A stretch of DNA of 46,256 nt from a virus (IMGVR_UViG_3300037511_000147:1-46256), one strand, 5' to 3'; positions 26,040-35,534 are shown, numbered from the stretch's first letter. A program made the numbers and translations. Notes: generated by a model from the letters alone, not told the origin.

Positions 26040-27122
26040 TCACGCAGCCAGTGCGAGCACAGCGTGCGCGTTGCGCTTGCCGGTCGTCATGGCGGCCTTG
26101 GAGGTCAGCGCCCAGTAGTGCACATAGCGGTCGTACACGCGGGGTGGACGGCGCGAAACCATCCAGTGACCTTTGATCGGGCGCAGCTTCAGAAACTTCG
26201 TGTTCAGGAAGTAGCACCGCGATGCCCAGCTCACCGTCGGCGCGTCGAGCGCGTCGAGGACGTCGAACACCGGGTCCCAGATGATCTCCACACCCTTGAA
26301 GTACAGCCCGGTGTTGACACCGGAGCCGACCGAGCCGTCGAGAGTCGTAGCCGCACGGTTGCCCGTCGAGCCGCCGACGATCACCTGACGCTGAATCGCG
26401 CCGCCCGGCGAGCCGGCCGCTTCGCGATACGCGTCGATGAAGTCGGAACCCGCCAGGATGAAGTCGGGCGTGCTGCCGCCGTAGCGAATGCACTCACGCC
26501 ACGCTTTCTCCATCTTCTGGAGGAACTCGCCCGCCGTGCTGCCCAGCGTCAGATCCGCGTAGTTCTGCCACCAGCTGTTGCTGGCCGCGATGCCGCCGAC
26601 CGTGCCGCTCGAAGGAGTCAGCGAGACGAGATGATCCAGACCCGGGATGTCGGTCGCCGACTGCGAGCCGTTCCGGTGGATCATCAGATCGAACGCCGCC
26701 TCGAAGCCGAGCTTGAGGGTCTCGGTGTTCTCTTCGAGCAGGTTGGTCAGCTGCACCTTCTCGGCGTCCGTCGGGACCGACGTTTTTTCGTCCGTCACGA
26801 TGATGCCGTTCTGGGCGAGCTCGTCTTCGTTCAGCCCGAAGCCGTCATGGAAGCTGCCCCAGGTGTACTTCGCCTGATCGAGAGTGCGCTTGCGATTGTA
26901 CGAAACCTGCGAGTCGCCGAAGTAGGACTGGAAGTTGCTGTCGTTGCTGAAACGCAGCTGCTCCGTCACGTACTGGAGTCCGCCGACGTACTCCTTTTTG
27001 CCTTCGCCCATCTTCTTGAGGAAGGGGTGCGCGATGTTGATGCTGTCAACCGGATCGTTCCGGAGGAAGTAATCGATGGCGGCCTTGCCGCCGTAAGTGA
27101 TCTGTGCCGGGGTAAATGGCAT
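26040..27122 (-). CDS. Major capsid protein
   Basis: 360 aa; TVGGI...WWQN, FKGVEIIWDP, CYFLNTKFLKL, R.AHAVL are typical of HK97-fold podophage coats; downstream of portal and scaffold. Confidence 0.88.
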   Translation of the reverse strand: MPFTPAQITYGGKAAIDYFLRNDPVDSINIAHPFLKKMGEGKKEYVGGLQYVTEQLRFSNDSNFQSYFGDSQVSYNRKRTLDQAKYTWGSFHDGFGLNEDELAQNGIIVTDEKTSVPTDAEKVQLTNLLEENTETLKLGFEAAFDLMIHRNGSQSATDIPGLDHLVSLTPSSGTVGGIAASNSWWQNYADLTLGSTAGEFLQKMEKAWRECIRYGGSTPDFILAGSDFIDAYREAAGSPGGAIQRQVIVGGSTGNRAATTLDGSVGSGVNTGLYFKGVEIIWDPVFDVLDALDAPTVSWASRCYFLNTKFLKLRPIKGHWMVSRRPPRVYDRYVHYWALTSKAAMTTGKRNAHAVLALAA

Positions 27123-27241
27123 GTGTGCGAAACCTCATGGTGAAAAGGGGAACCCTTAGCCCTTGAGGTGGTGCGTCGCCTCGATTTGCGCACCTACCGG
27201 ACACGACCCCGGCTTACGTTAGAAGGCTGACGACCTGAACG

Positions 27242-28021
27242 TTACGCCGGTGAAACAACCGGTGCAATCTTTCCGGTCTGCAGAAGCGGCGCAGCTTCCG
27301 ATTTCGTGAGCTTGAGCACAGTATCAGCCGGTACCGTATCGTAGTTCGACCAGTGAAACGATCGCACGGCCCGATATTCCGTAGACGGATTCAGCTTTGC
27401 TGTGTACGGAATCACCGGCGCTGGTTGAAAGCGCTCCGCGGGGTCGTACAGCGGCCATCGGGTCGCCAGCAGGCCGGACATCGGCCGTACGTGCGCGTGC
27501 TCAACGAATTGCGCGAGCGCGTTCAATCGCCTATCTGGATGCTGCACGACTGGGCCGCCATTGATCCGGCGACGCTCGCGCGGTGCCTGGGTGCCGTCGT
27601 GAAAGTAACGTCGGCCAGTCGCCCAGAAGTCGAGGCCGGTAACAACGATCGGCGAACCGCCTAGTGCTGCAGCGACCGCCACTGCTGTCGTCCCGCTGTT
27701 GCCGGTGAAGCGCCAGTCTTCAAGGCGCACATCCGCGGTACTCCATCGGCTAATCAGCGGCTTACCGTACTCGCGTAGATGCGGCGCCATTGGGATAGTG
27801 CGACCTTCCGGGGTGCGCTTCATGCAATGCACCTTGTCACAGTGCACGATATAGTCGACCCGGAAAAAGTCCTGTTTGCAGCCGTGCTCGTTGGCGCTCA
27901 GCACAAGCGCGGGTCGCAAATCAACGAGCTTCGGGAGGTCCTCGGCAACTGACGGGCCGCCGCCGATCACGAGAATCGGTCGATCGACGTACAGGCCGAA
28001 TAGATCCGAGATTACGAGCAT
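27242..28021 (-). CDS. Maf/DUF115/GT29-like (sialyltransferase-fold) putative glycosyltransferase
   Basis: ILVIGGGPSV, LSANE, DYIVHCD, NSGTTAVAVAAALGGSPIVVTGLDF, YFH. Confidence 0.7.
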   Translation of the reverse strand: MLVISDLFGLYVDRPILVIGGGPSVAEDLPKLVDLRPALVLSANEHGCKQDFFRVDYIVHCDKVHCMKRTPEGRTIPMAPHLREYGKPLISRWSTADVRLEDWRFTGNSGTTAVAVAAALGGSPIVVTGLDFWATGRRYFHDGTQAPRERRRINGGPVVQHPDRRLNALAQFVEHAHVRPMSGLLATRWPLYDPAERFQPAPVIPYTAKLNPSTEYRAVRSFHWSNYDTVPADTVLKLTKSEAAPLLQTGKIAPVVSPA

Positions 28022-28485
28022 TGCATCACGTAAAAAGGGCCGCGCGTGTACGGGTCGCGTCCGGCCGCTATGGCAACTGCGCGTTCAGCGCTCGCGCCCA
28101 TATCCAGAGCGCCGAACGCGCATTTGGCACCACTGCCGATAGCGTGGTACTCCTCTACGATCGGCTCTGGCTCCATGTTGCAGTCGATTGTGTACCGCTT
28201 CTGCACCATGTCGTGCTGCTCTACCACAATGGCGGAGAAGTCATGCGACTTGCTGAACTCAGGTGGGTTAGCCCAATCCGCGCCGGCGCGGACCCAGTCG
28301 AGAAACATCCGCCAGCCGCTGCCGCCGGCAAAACCTATCGTAAATTTGCGGGCGTACCCTTCTTTGACGTCGCGGCATTGGTACAGCTTGCGACACTGAT
28401 ACTGCCGCGAACCGCCCTCACTGCTTTCTTCCGTTTGACACGAGTCTGCGGCCAGTTCTCCGGCTCGATACACTACGGTCGTCAT
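28012..28485 (-). CDS. Ntn-hydrolase peptidase (HslV / proteasome-beta-like)
   Basis: AGGA RBS; M-T-T-V N-terminal nucleophile, LAADS, KL, IGFAG, AIGSGA, AERAVAIA..RDPYT. Confidence 0.85.
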   Translation of the reverse strand: MTTVVYRAGELAADSCQTEESSEGGSRQYQCRKLYQCRDVKEGYARKFTIGFAGGSGWRMFLDWVRAGADWANPPEFSKSHDFSAIVVEQHDMVQKRYTIDCNMEPEPIVEEYHAIGSGAKCAFGALDMGASAERAVAIAAGRDPYTRGPFYVMQCS

Positions 28486-28572
28486 TTTCTCGTTTCCTGG
28501 ATGGTGGCCAGAGCCCAAGCTCGCGAGCTCTGGCTATGAGCTTTTCGCGTCGGCGCTTGCACGCCTCGCATG

Positions 28573-29706
28573 TCATTCTTCGCCGCCGAGTGCCGCGAAC
28601 ACTGCGTCCTTCATGCTCTTCGGCTCCTTCTTACCGCTCCCGCCGGCCATGGTGGCGGATCGCAGCGGCTGCTGAGCCGGTCGCGCGGCAGGGGGAGCCT
28701 GCACCGGTGCCGGCTTCGGCAGGGCTTCGTATGCTCGCTTGAACGTCTCCGCCCACTTCGACGGGTGCAGCTGCGCCAACACAGGCTTTAGGGCAGCCGA
28801 GAGTACCTGAACCTTGGCGTTATACACTGCGGTGCCGTCACGCGTCGAGAGTGCATTACCGGCTTCGACAAGCGCGGTGCGTCCGGCAGCGTGCTCGCGT
28901 TGCGCCTGGGCGTGCTCATCCGTCGCCGCGGCCGTGTCGGTCGCGACCTTCGCGCGCGAGCGTGCAAGCGCCAGCTCTTTGGCGTGCGCTTCGGTGATCT
29001 GGTTATTGGCCACCGCGTCTTTGAGATCCTGATGGTCCCCCAGGAAGTCGACTGCAACCGTATCGACCTCTCCGAGTTCGAGCGCGAACGCGCGCAGCTC
29101 GGACTTCAAAAATTCATAGGCGCTCCGCTTCTGCTCCGCCGTACCCTTGTGGCGTGCGTGAGCGTAGCCGAGCATCGTAGCGAGCTCGTCCGGCGACATG
29201 CCGCTGTCCGATACCGAGTCAACCAGCAGGTTCGCGTTCTCCAGCAGCGGGCGCATCGTCTTCACTTCGTTCGCCAACAGCTGGATGCGCTCGCGCGTCG
29301 ACTCCTTGAGCCGCTGGTCGATCGGGTCGTTGACTGCCTTGTCGAGCTTCTCCTGGGCGGCCTTTACCGGATCTGCTCCGCTCTTGTCGGCGCCCTCCTC
29401 TTTGACGGTGCCGGTCTTCGCTACCTTGCCGCCTTTGTCGCCCTCTTCCTTTCCCGCTTCCGCTTCGCCCGATTCCTCGTCTCCAGCGGCGCCTTCGTCG
29501 CTCGCGTCAGCGTCTGCAGCGGCGTCGGTGTCTTCTGCTGCTCCAGTAGATCCAGCTTCTCCGCCTCCATCGCCGTTCGCGCTCTCGTCAGTATCTCCGA
29601 CGGCAGCGTCAGCCTCAGCGCGTGCATCATTGTCTCCAGTCGGCGGCGTCTCGCCGAGGTTTTCGATTCCTGCGGTCACTGCATCGAGCAAGGTAGGGTC
29701 AGCCAT
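28573..29706 (-). CDS. Capsid scaffolding protein
   Basis: Acidic disordered N-terminus, helical coiled core, Pro-rich linker and short C-terminal helix; between portal and capsid genes. Confidence 0.75.
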   Translation of the reverse strand: MADPTLLDAVTAGIENLGETPPTGDNDARAEADAAVGDTDESANGDGGGEAGSTGAAEDTDAAADADASDEGAAGDEESGEAEAGKEEGDKGGKVAKTGTVKEEGADKSGADPVKAAQEKLDKAVNDPIDQRLKESTRERIQLLANEVKTMRPLLENANLLVDSVSDSGMSPDELATMLGYAHARHKGTAEQKRSAYEFLKSELRAFALELGEVDTVAVDFLGDHQDLKDAVANNQITEAHAKELALARSRAKVATDTAAATDEHAQAQREHAAGRTALVEAGNALSTRDGTAVYNAKVQVLSAALKPVLAQLHPSKWAETFKRAYEALPKPAPVQAPPAARPAQQPLRSATMAGGSGKKEPKSMKDAVFAALGGEE

Positions 29707-29721
29707 GGGTGGTAGTTCCTG

Positions 29722-31965
29722 TTATGGGATGATCGGCGCGCCCGGCGGCGTGCCGGATGCTTTCTTCGGGGTACCGACTCCGGGCGCCTCTCCAGGTGCC
29801 GGCATCGGTTGGGGCATGAGGGGTGGCACGGTCGACGGCGGGATAAACTTCTCCACGTCGACGCGCGCGTCGAGCCGGCGGATAGTCTCGCGCAGTGTAT
29901 TACGCATCGCCATCGCGAGCGGCGGGTCCGTGACGTCGAATTGGCGGATGGCGATCTGTGCCTCTTTGATCTGCGGTAGCAAGGTCGCCCAGGCTTCGCG
30001 CGCAGCGTCGCCGCCCGGTTTGCCTGTCGAGCCGGCTTCGATGTCGACCTCCACCAACGCCAGAATGTCCTGCTGATCCATGCCAGCGGGCCAGAACGCG
30101 GCAGGTCCGGCGATACGCTGCGCGTATTCGGGCTTTATGCCGTTGGCGCTGAGCGCACACTCAGTGCAGTATTGCGCGAAGTCGCGGAAGACGTCTTCCT
30201 CGGTGTCACGGTCGGTGCCGGTACGGGAGCGGAAGCCGCTCTGCTCGATCTGCGCCTGAGTGGCCGTGATCTCGGGATTCGCGGCGCCCTGCTGCGGCTC
30301 CTGAACACCGGAGACCTTCGCCATGTCGGCCACGATCGGCGTAGTGTCGAAGATGCGCGGGTCATACGTCCCGACAGCCTTCTGTGCGAACAGCTTCTCA
30401 ATAGGCATAGTCGAATCGATCGGATCTAGACCGATGTATTCTTGATGCACGCTGTTCTGAACGTCGCGCATCTGATCCTTGCCGAGCTGCCCCTTGTTGT
30501 AAAGTATGCCCGGCACGCTGCGCTCGCGCGTGAGCCGCTGATTGCTGCGCGCTGCGCTGTATTCGTCCTGCAGCTTGTGCAAGCGCCAGGAAAGCGACTG
30601 CGAGTGCCGCTGGCCGTCGACTTCATAGAAGGCGAGGCGGAAATGCGGGTAAAATCGCGTCGTAGTCTGCGGCGGGCTGTACGGCTCGCGCGCCCAGCGC
30701 TTCACACCGTCGACCATGGTCTTTATCAGCCCGGTTCGCATGTCCCAGAGCTCGACAACCTTGGCGTAATCCATGCCGCGCTGGCCGCTCGCAAGATCGG
30801 GCAACCCTTTGGCGTACATACCCTCGGTCCCGACTTCGTGATCAGGCGATTGGGTAGAGGTATCCTGCGCCGTCGTCTTGCGCTGGAAGTAGCTCGACGT
30901 CTGTGCGACTTCTTGCTGGGTGAGCCGCGGGAAACGCTCCAGCAGCTGCGACTTCGGGATGTAGATATCCTCGGCCAGCCATCCGGCCTCAAGATAGTCC
31001 TCCGTCGATGCCACATCGAGCGATACCGTCATCTGCTCCGCCGGCACAAAATCGATGTGCAGCCCCTGCCGCATGACCTTTTCGAGCTTCGGGCCCATCC
31101 CTTGGATCGTCTGCTCTATCTCGCTGATTTTGTTGTCGCGCTCGGCCGCGCTCGCGAAGCCGTCGAAACTCAGCTCTTTCTGCAGAGCCTGCAGCTTCGC
31201 AAGGCTCGCCTTGAGATCGCGAACTTGACCTGCGATCTGCGGGTCCTCGCCCATCTCAGTGAAAAACAGCGCCTTGAGCCAACCCACCCCGACAGACAGC
31301 GCCGAACGCACCCAGCGGCGAGCCTTGCGCTTGAGGGCAGCGTCTTTCCACAGCCGGTTAATCACCAGCGTGAGAGTCTCGGCGAACGCCTCGGAGTCGA
31401 GCTGATCCTGAGACTGACCCGATGCGGCACCGGGTGCGCCCGGAACCGGCGCCATCCCGGCGGCTGCCGGGGCAGGCAACCCCGCGACGGGCAGAGCCGG
31501 CGGCGGGATCGATGCAGGTCCAGGGGCACCCGGAGCAGCACCGGGCATTGGCGGTGCGAGGTCTGACCCGAGCACGGCCGGATTGACCGGCGGCACCTGA
31601 GCGAGATTCGTTTTCGGCACGACGCGCTTGGCGGGCGTCGCCTCGTAGCTGGGGTCCTTGGCGTACAGATAGGACACCAGAATATCGATGATCGCGCCGA
31701 TCATGTTGGCGTCTGACGCCCAATTCAGCTCCACCGTGCCGGCTGCGTACTTGCGGTCCTTCGTGTACTGCCGGCGCTGATGCTTATCGAACTCGCGCGC
31801 AGAATTGTACTCCTCCCAGGTCCGTTGAACGTCCTCGATCTCCTTCAGGGCGTCCGGGTCGTCCTCTCGCCCAGCGCGATCTACGCCGGACGAGACGGCT
31901 GCAGCCATCCCGCCCGGCGGCGTAACAGGGGCGCCCCCCAGGAGATCGAGGTGTTCGAGTGCCAT
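29722..31965 (-). CDS. Portal protein
   Basis: 747 aa downstream of terL; SALSVGVGWLK, VVELWD, LQDEY, TATQAQI, VDIEAGST, Pro-rich tail. Confidence 0.88.
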   Translation of the reverse strand: MALEHLDLLGGAPVTPPGGMAAAVSSGVDRAGREDDPDALKEIEDVQRTWEEYNSAREFDKHQRRQYTKDRKYAAGTVELNWASDANMIGAIIDILVSYLYAKDPSYEATPAKRVVPKTNLAQVPPVNPAVLGSDLAPPMPGAAPGAPGPASIPPPALPVAGLPAPAAAGMAPVPGAPGAASGQSQDQLDSEAFAETLTLVINRLWKDAALKRKARRWVRSALSVGVGWLKALFFTEMGEDPQIAGQVRDLKASLAKLQALQKELSFDGFASAAERDNKISEIEQTIQGMGPKLEKVMRQGLHIDFVPAEQMTVSLDVASTEDYLEAGWLAEDIYIPKSQLLERFPRLTQQEVAQTSSYFQRKTTAQDTSTQSPDHEVGTEGMYAKGLPDLASGQRGMDYAKVVELWDMRTGLIKTMVDGVKRWAREPYSPPQTTTRFYPHFRLAFYEVDGQRHSQSLSWRLHKLQDEYSAARSNQRLTRERSVPGILYNKGQLGKDQMRDVQNSVHQEYIGLDPIDSTMPIEKLFAQKAVGTYDPRIFDTTPIVADMAKVSGVQEPQQGAANPEITATQAQIEQSGFRSRTGTDRDTEEDVFRDFAQYCTECALSANGIKPEYAQRIAGPAAFWPAGMDQQDILALVEVDIEAGSTGKPGGDAAREAWATLLPQIKEAQIAIRQFDVTDPPLAMAMRNTLRETIRRLDARVDVEKFIPPSTVPPLMPQPMPAPGEAPGVGTPKKASGTPPGAPIIP

Positions 31966-32339
31966 CAGATTCTCTTACCGGCGCGCTTCAGGCGCTGCCA
32001 GGCGTATTCGCGTCGGGACTGGCCAACGATCTGCACGCGATTCGCCATCGCCGCAGCGTACTCCGTCGAGACGGGCGGCAGTCCGGCACTCACGGAGTCA
32101 TCGGCTTCGGGTGTGCTGGTGAGGGTGGCGAGCGGATCTTCGCCGGTCAGCAAAGCGAGCCCTGCGGCGTTGACCTGTTCCGGCGTAGTGCCGGCCGGCA
32201 CTGTCGCATTCGGGTCGGGTGGCTGCGGTTCGGCAGTCTGCAGCGCTTCGGGGACCTTGCGCGGTCTGCCGCGCTTCGGCTTGTCGGCGGCCTGCGCCGC
32301 GACGGGCGCAGCGCCCAGGAGGTCGGAATTGTCACTCAT
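31965..32339 (-). CDS. Hypothetical protein with AT-hook-like KRGRPRK
   Basis: TGATG-coupled to the portal gene; N-terminal SDNSDLLG; KPKRGRPRK. Confidence 0.7.
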   Translation of the reverse strand: MSDNSDLLGAAPVAAQAADKPKRGRPRKVPEALQTAEPQPPDPNATVPAGTTPEQVNAAGLALLTGEDPLATLTSTPEADDSVSAGLPPVSTEYAAAMANRVQIVGQSRREYAWQRLKRAGKRI

Positions 32340-32676
32340 CTTTCGCGTCCTTCACAGCCGCCGAAATGGCGTCTTTCAGTGATCCGCTGGCGGCCTTCTC
32401 GATGCCGATCTGCTCGATTTGCAGCTCGATCTCGTTGCTGTCGTAGTCCTTGCCGTCGACCATGCGGAGCGACTTAACGCTCGCGACGATCTCGACATTG
32501 ACCGTCTGGCCGACCTTGTAATCTTTCGGGGAGATGTCGAGCTTATCGAGGATCTGTTTCCGCAGACACAGACGCGTGTCGTACGGGTAATCCTCGGACG
32601 CGGACATCGGCTTGTCGTACTTCGCTTTCTCGGCCTTTTTCTCGGCTTCGGTGCGTTTCGTAGAGACGAGCTTCAT
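32332..32676 (-). CDS. Capsid staple / cement-like protein
   Basis: MKLVSTK...DYPYDTRLCL...LDKLDI...KVGQ...ELQIEQI pattern of small podophage head proteins. Confidence 0.6.
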   Translation of the reverse strand: MKLVSTKRTEAEKKAEKAKYDKPMSASEDYPYDTRLCLRKQILDKLDISPKDYKVGQTVNVEIVASVKSLRMVDGKDYDSNEIELQIEQIGIEKAASGSLKDAISAAVKDAKDE

Positions 32677-32813
32677 TCCGGCCTGCCTGACAGCCAGGTG
32701 CGGACGAGTTCTACGGCAGTGAAAGCGGCCTTGTGCAACTGCTTCACGACCGGAACTTCCGAAAACAGCGGCGCAACAGCAACGCCGACAACGAAGGCGA
32801 CGATAGCGGTCAT
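32673..32813 (-). CDS. Small hydrophobic hypothetical protein (46 aa)
   Basis: ATGA overlaps at both ends; MTAIVAFVVGVAVAPLF. Confidence 0.55.
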   Translation of the reverse strand: MTAIVAFVVGVAVAPLFSEVPVVKQLHKAAFTAVELVRTWLSGRPE

Positions 32814-33631
32814 GGCATAACCTCACGAACGGCTTTCCAGGCTGTGCCGTCGGACAGTTCGGCCGGCTGCCACTGACACCATGCCAGTTGCGCGGCCCAT
32901 TCAGTACGGGACGGCATCGTAACAGGGTTGCTAAGGTCGTGAGAAGTCACCGGCCACGCCATAGCCCCCTCATCGAGTGTGACGGACGGCACACCTGCGA
33001 GAACTGAGTCGACCGAACTGTTGCTATTCCAGCTAACAGTGAATGCCGCGCCGGCGAGATCCTGCTCAAGCGAGCCCTGCAGGTAGATTCCGCTCGGCAA
33101 CCCGCTCCCTTGGCGAAGCGCCTTCGGGTGCGGCCGAAAACGCACCTTCCATCCGTCCTGCGTGAGCTTCGAGTACCAGGCTCGATACTGATACGCCAGA
33201 TTGACATTGACGCAGGCTTGGTCGCTCTGCACCTGCCCGAGAATCAGAGCGTAGCTGTTCAGCCGTGCGTTTGCGCGGTGGTCGGCTATCTCACGCCACG
33301 GCTCCAGCGTAAAATGCTCCATCCATCGGGCGTAATTACCTCGCGGCTGGAATCTCGCTCGCCCGTTCAGCCCATTCCAGCCGAGCGACGTCCAGTGAAA
33401 CCGGTCGCCGACGTAGCCGCGCTCCATCACGAGTACCGGCACGCGCGGATTGAACTGGCGGACGCGCTTGCCGGTGCGCCAACCCCAGCAGACGACCGCA
33501 TCGACGTCCAGATACTGGTGGCGCGCGAGCGTCTCGACTACTTCGTCGCCGGCGATGCGCATTCCGTTCGCAAGCTGGTCCATTAGCGGCAGGAAATGGC
33601 CGCCGGGCGGGCGTATGGCGGCGATTTTCAT
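32810..33631 (-). CDS. KpsS/KpsC (Capsule_synth)-like putative glycosyltransferase
   Basis: VCWG, LVMERGY, ILGQVQSD, VRFRPHP and VSWNSNSSVDSVLAGVP match the ExG / QxxxD / (K/R)xHP / (IN)S..G.EA...G.P pattern. Confidence 0.75.
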   Translation of the reverse strand: MKIAAIRPPGGHFLPLMDQLANGMRIAGDEVVETLARHQYLDVDAVVCWGWRTGKRVRQFNPRVPVLVMERGYVGDRFHWTSLGWNGLNGRARFQPRGNYARWMEHFTLEPWREIADHRANARLNSYALILGQVQSDQACVNVNLAYQYRAWYSKLTQDGWKVRFRPHPKALRQGSGLPSGIYLQGSLEQDLAGAAFTVSWNSNSSVDSVLAGVPSVTLDEGAMAWPVTSHDLSNPVTMPSRTEWAAQLAWCQWQPAELSDGTAWKAVREVMP

Positions 33632-33840
33632 CGGAACCGCCGGCCGGACAGGTTCAAATGCCGTAACGGGGCGGTCATGTGCGGGTTTTCCTTGATGAAT
33701 CGGCGGAGCGCGCGGCGCACGCGCCGCTTGTCGTACCACGCCAAGTACAGACCGTACGGGTGGCGCCCTATGGCGAAACGGCAGATATCCAGCTCAACTG
33801 CCGTATCGTCTTCGAGTCGCACAACGTTTGTGCCTCTCAT
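33628..33840 (-). CDS. Hypothetical protein (70 aa)
   Basis: ATGA overlaps with both the terL stop and the glycosyltransferase start. Confidence 0.55.
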   Translation of the reverse strand: MRGTNVVRLEDDTAVELDICRFAIGRHPYGLYLAWYDKRRVRRALRRFIKENPHMTAPLRHLNLSGRRFR

Positions 33841-35534
33841 CGGTACCTCAGTGGCGGCTTGTCCGGGAACTCGGTCATGGTGAACCATGCCTCGGTGAAT
33901 GGGCGAATTACGGGGCGCTCGACCACTTCGATCTTCTTCGCGCCGTACAGCTGGTCTATTCCGCGACCGAAGAGGCCGCAAACGTCAGCCTTGTCATCAT
34001 GCCCTGAGCCGCCGAGCGCAATCAACTGCTGGATTACCTGATCCGTCCACGGCGCATGCCGCGGAAAGCGGACTTTACCGATCGCGGCGCGCGCCTGAAA
34101 GTTCATCGCCTTCGCCACCTTGTCCTTGATCGACGGCAGCGAGCGTAGATCACAGAAGACGTCGTGCTTCTTGTGGCACACAGCCGGCTCGTTCGGCCGC
34201 TCCGGGTCAGCGCCGAGGCAAAAATGCTGCCCGGGGCGCATCATTTCGGTCTGACGGCGCTGGAACGCTGGCCGCATCGCCTTGTCGATGACGCCGCCCT
34301 CGTTGAACCAGATCCGGATCTGCTGGCGCTCGATCATCTCAAGCATCTGATCGACCGAAACGCCAGTGTCGCACTGCTTGCTCCACCACTCGGTGATCCA
34401 TAGGGTGTGCTCCCAGTCGACGCCGCCGATTCCGAGCTCAGTAAAGTCGCCACCGGCCGACGTGACGGCGTAGTCGCCCGCTCCGGCCTTGGTGAGCGCG
34501 ACCGGCAGGTCGTCCGGGTCGTAGAAATACGGCTCGAACATCTCCCTGGTGAATTTCCCGATGCCGGCGGTGCTCGGCCGCTGCTGGTACAGGCTCGACC
34601 AGTCGCGTTGCGCCGCCGCACCCGGTGCGTTCTCGAACATCTGCCAGTGTTGGGCCGGGTAGAACTCCGGGAAGATGTACTCCCCAGGCTTGCGCCCTAT
34701 AGGGTCGTCCTGCCGCTCGGCCTTCGCCGGCATGTTCAGGATCTCCCACATCAGGCCGTCCTTGCATTTGATCATGCCGGACTGGCCCTTGTATCCGTCG
34801 GGCAGGATATAGCCGGCCAAGTCGCCCTCCGCCCATCGGGTCAGGATCAGGATCACCCAGGCGCCCGGCAGGAGACGCGACAGGATGGAGCCCTGATACT
34901 CATCGACGTTCTTTTTCTGGATCTGTGGCGAGTCCGCCTCTTCACGGTTCTTCACCGGGTCATCTATCAGCACGCCGTTACAGCGATTGCCGGTGATGCC
35001 GCCGCGGATACCGAACGCACGCACCTCGTCGCCCGTGGTGAGCGACCAGTCGGCCTCCGCCGATCGATCAAGAGCGATCGGGGTGTCCCAGATTTCCTGA
35101 TACCCCGAGCTCGGGATGACGCCCTGCGTGCGCCGGGACTGCAGTCGCGCCAGATCGTCGCCATAGCTCACGATCATGTAGCGGCCTTGCCGCTTCTTCC
35201 AGTGAATCCCGGTCGTGTCGTTGCCGATACACCAGCTGAGAGTCACGGGGCCGGCGTATGTCGACTTAGCCGTACCGGGCGGCATCATGATAATCGCCCG
35301 GCCGAAGGGGCGCGTCACCGTCCGCTGGAGTACCCCGCACAGTTTCGCGAGGTGCGGCGCCATCAACATCTCGGCCGACACGCCGAGCGTCTCGTCCGGG
35401 CGGACCGGCGGGTTCGGATTCATCGGGACGTCAATATTCAACGCATAGGAGTGCAGCGACTCCTGGCAGCGCTTGCGCCGGTAGAGCTCGCGCAGCGCGG
35501 CCTTCCGGTTGATGACGTCCGCGGCGTCAGTCAC
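33837..35534 (-). CDS. terL: Terminase large subunit
   Basis: MPPGTAKST (Walker A), GITGNR, LIDDPVK (Walker B), LTRW...DL.G, SLYQQRP, GDYA, HDDKAD nuclease motif. Confidence 0.95.
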   Translation of the reverse strand: MTDAADVINRKAALRELYRRKRCQESLHSYALNIDVPMNPNPPVRPDETLGVSAEMLMAPHLAKLCGVLQRTVTRPFGRAIIMMPPGTAKSTYAGPVTLSWCIGNDTTGIHWKKRQGRYMIVSYGDDLARLQSRRTQGVIPSSGYQEIWDTPIALDRSAEADWSLTTGDEVRAFGIRGGITGNRCNGVLIDDPVKNREEADSPQIQKKNVDEYQGSILSRLLPGAWVILILTRWAEGDLAGYILPDGYKGQSGMIKCKDGLMWEILNMPAKAERQDDPIGRKPGEYIFPEFYPAQHWQMFENAPGAAAQRDWSSLYQQRPSTAGIGKFTREMFEPYFYDPDDLPVALTKAGAGDYAVTSAGGDFTELGIGGVDWEHTLWITEWWSKQCDTGVSVDQMLEMIERQQIRIWFNEGGVIDKAMRPAFQRRQTEMMRPGQHFCLGADPERPNEPAVCHKKHDVFCDLRSLPSIKDKVAKAMNFQARAAIGKVRFPRHAPWTDQVIQQLIALGGSGHDDKADVCGLFGRGIDQLYGAKKIEVVERPVIRPFTEAWFTMTEFPDKPPLRYR

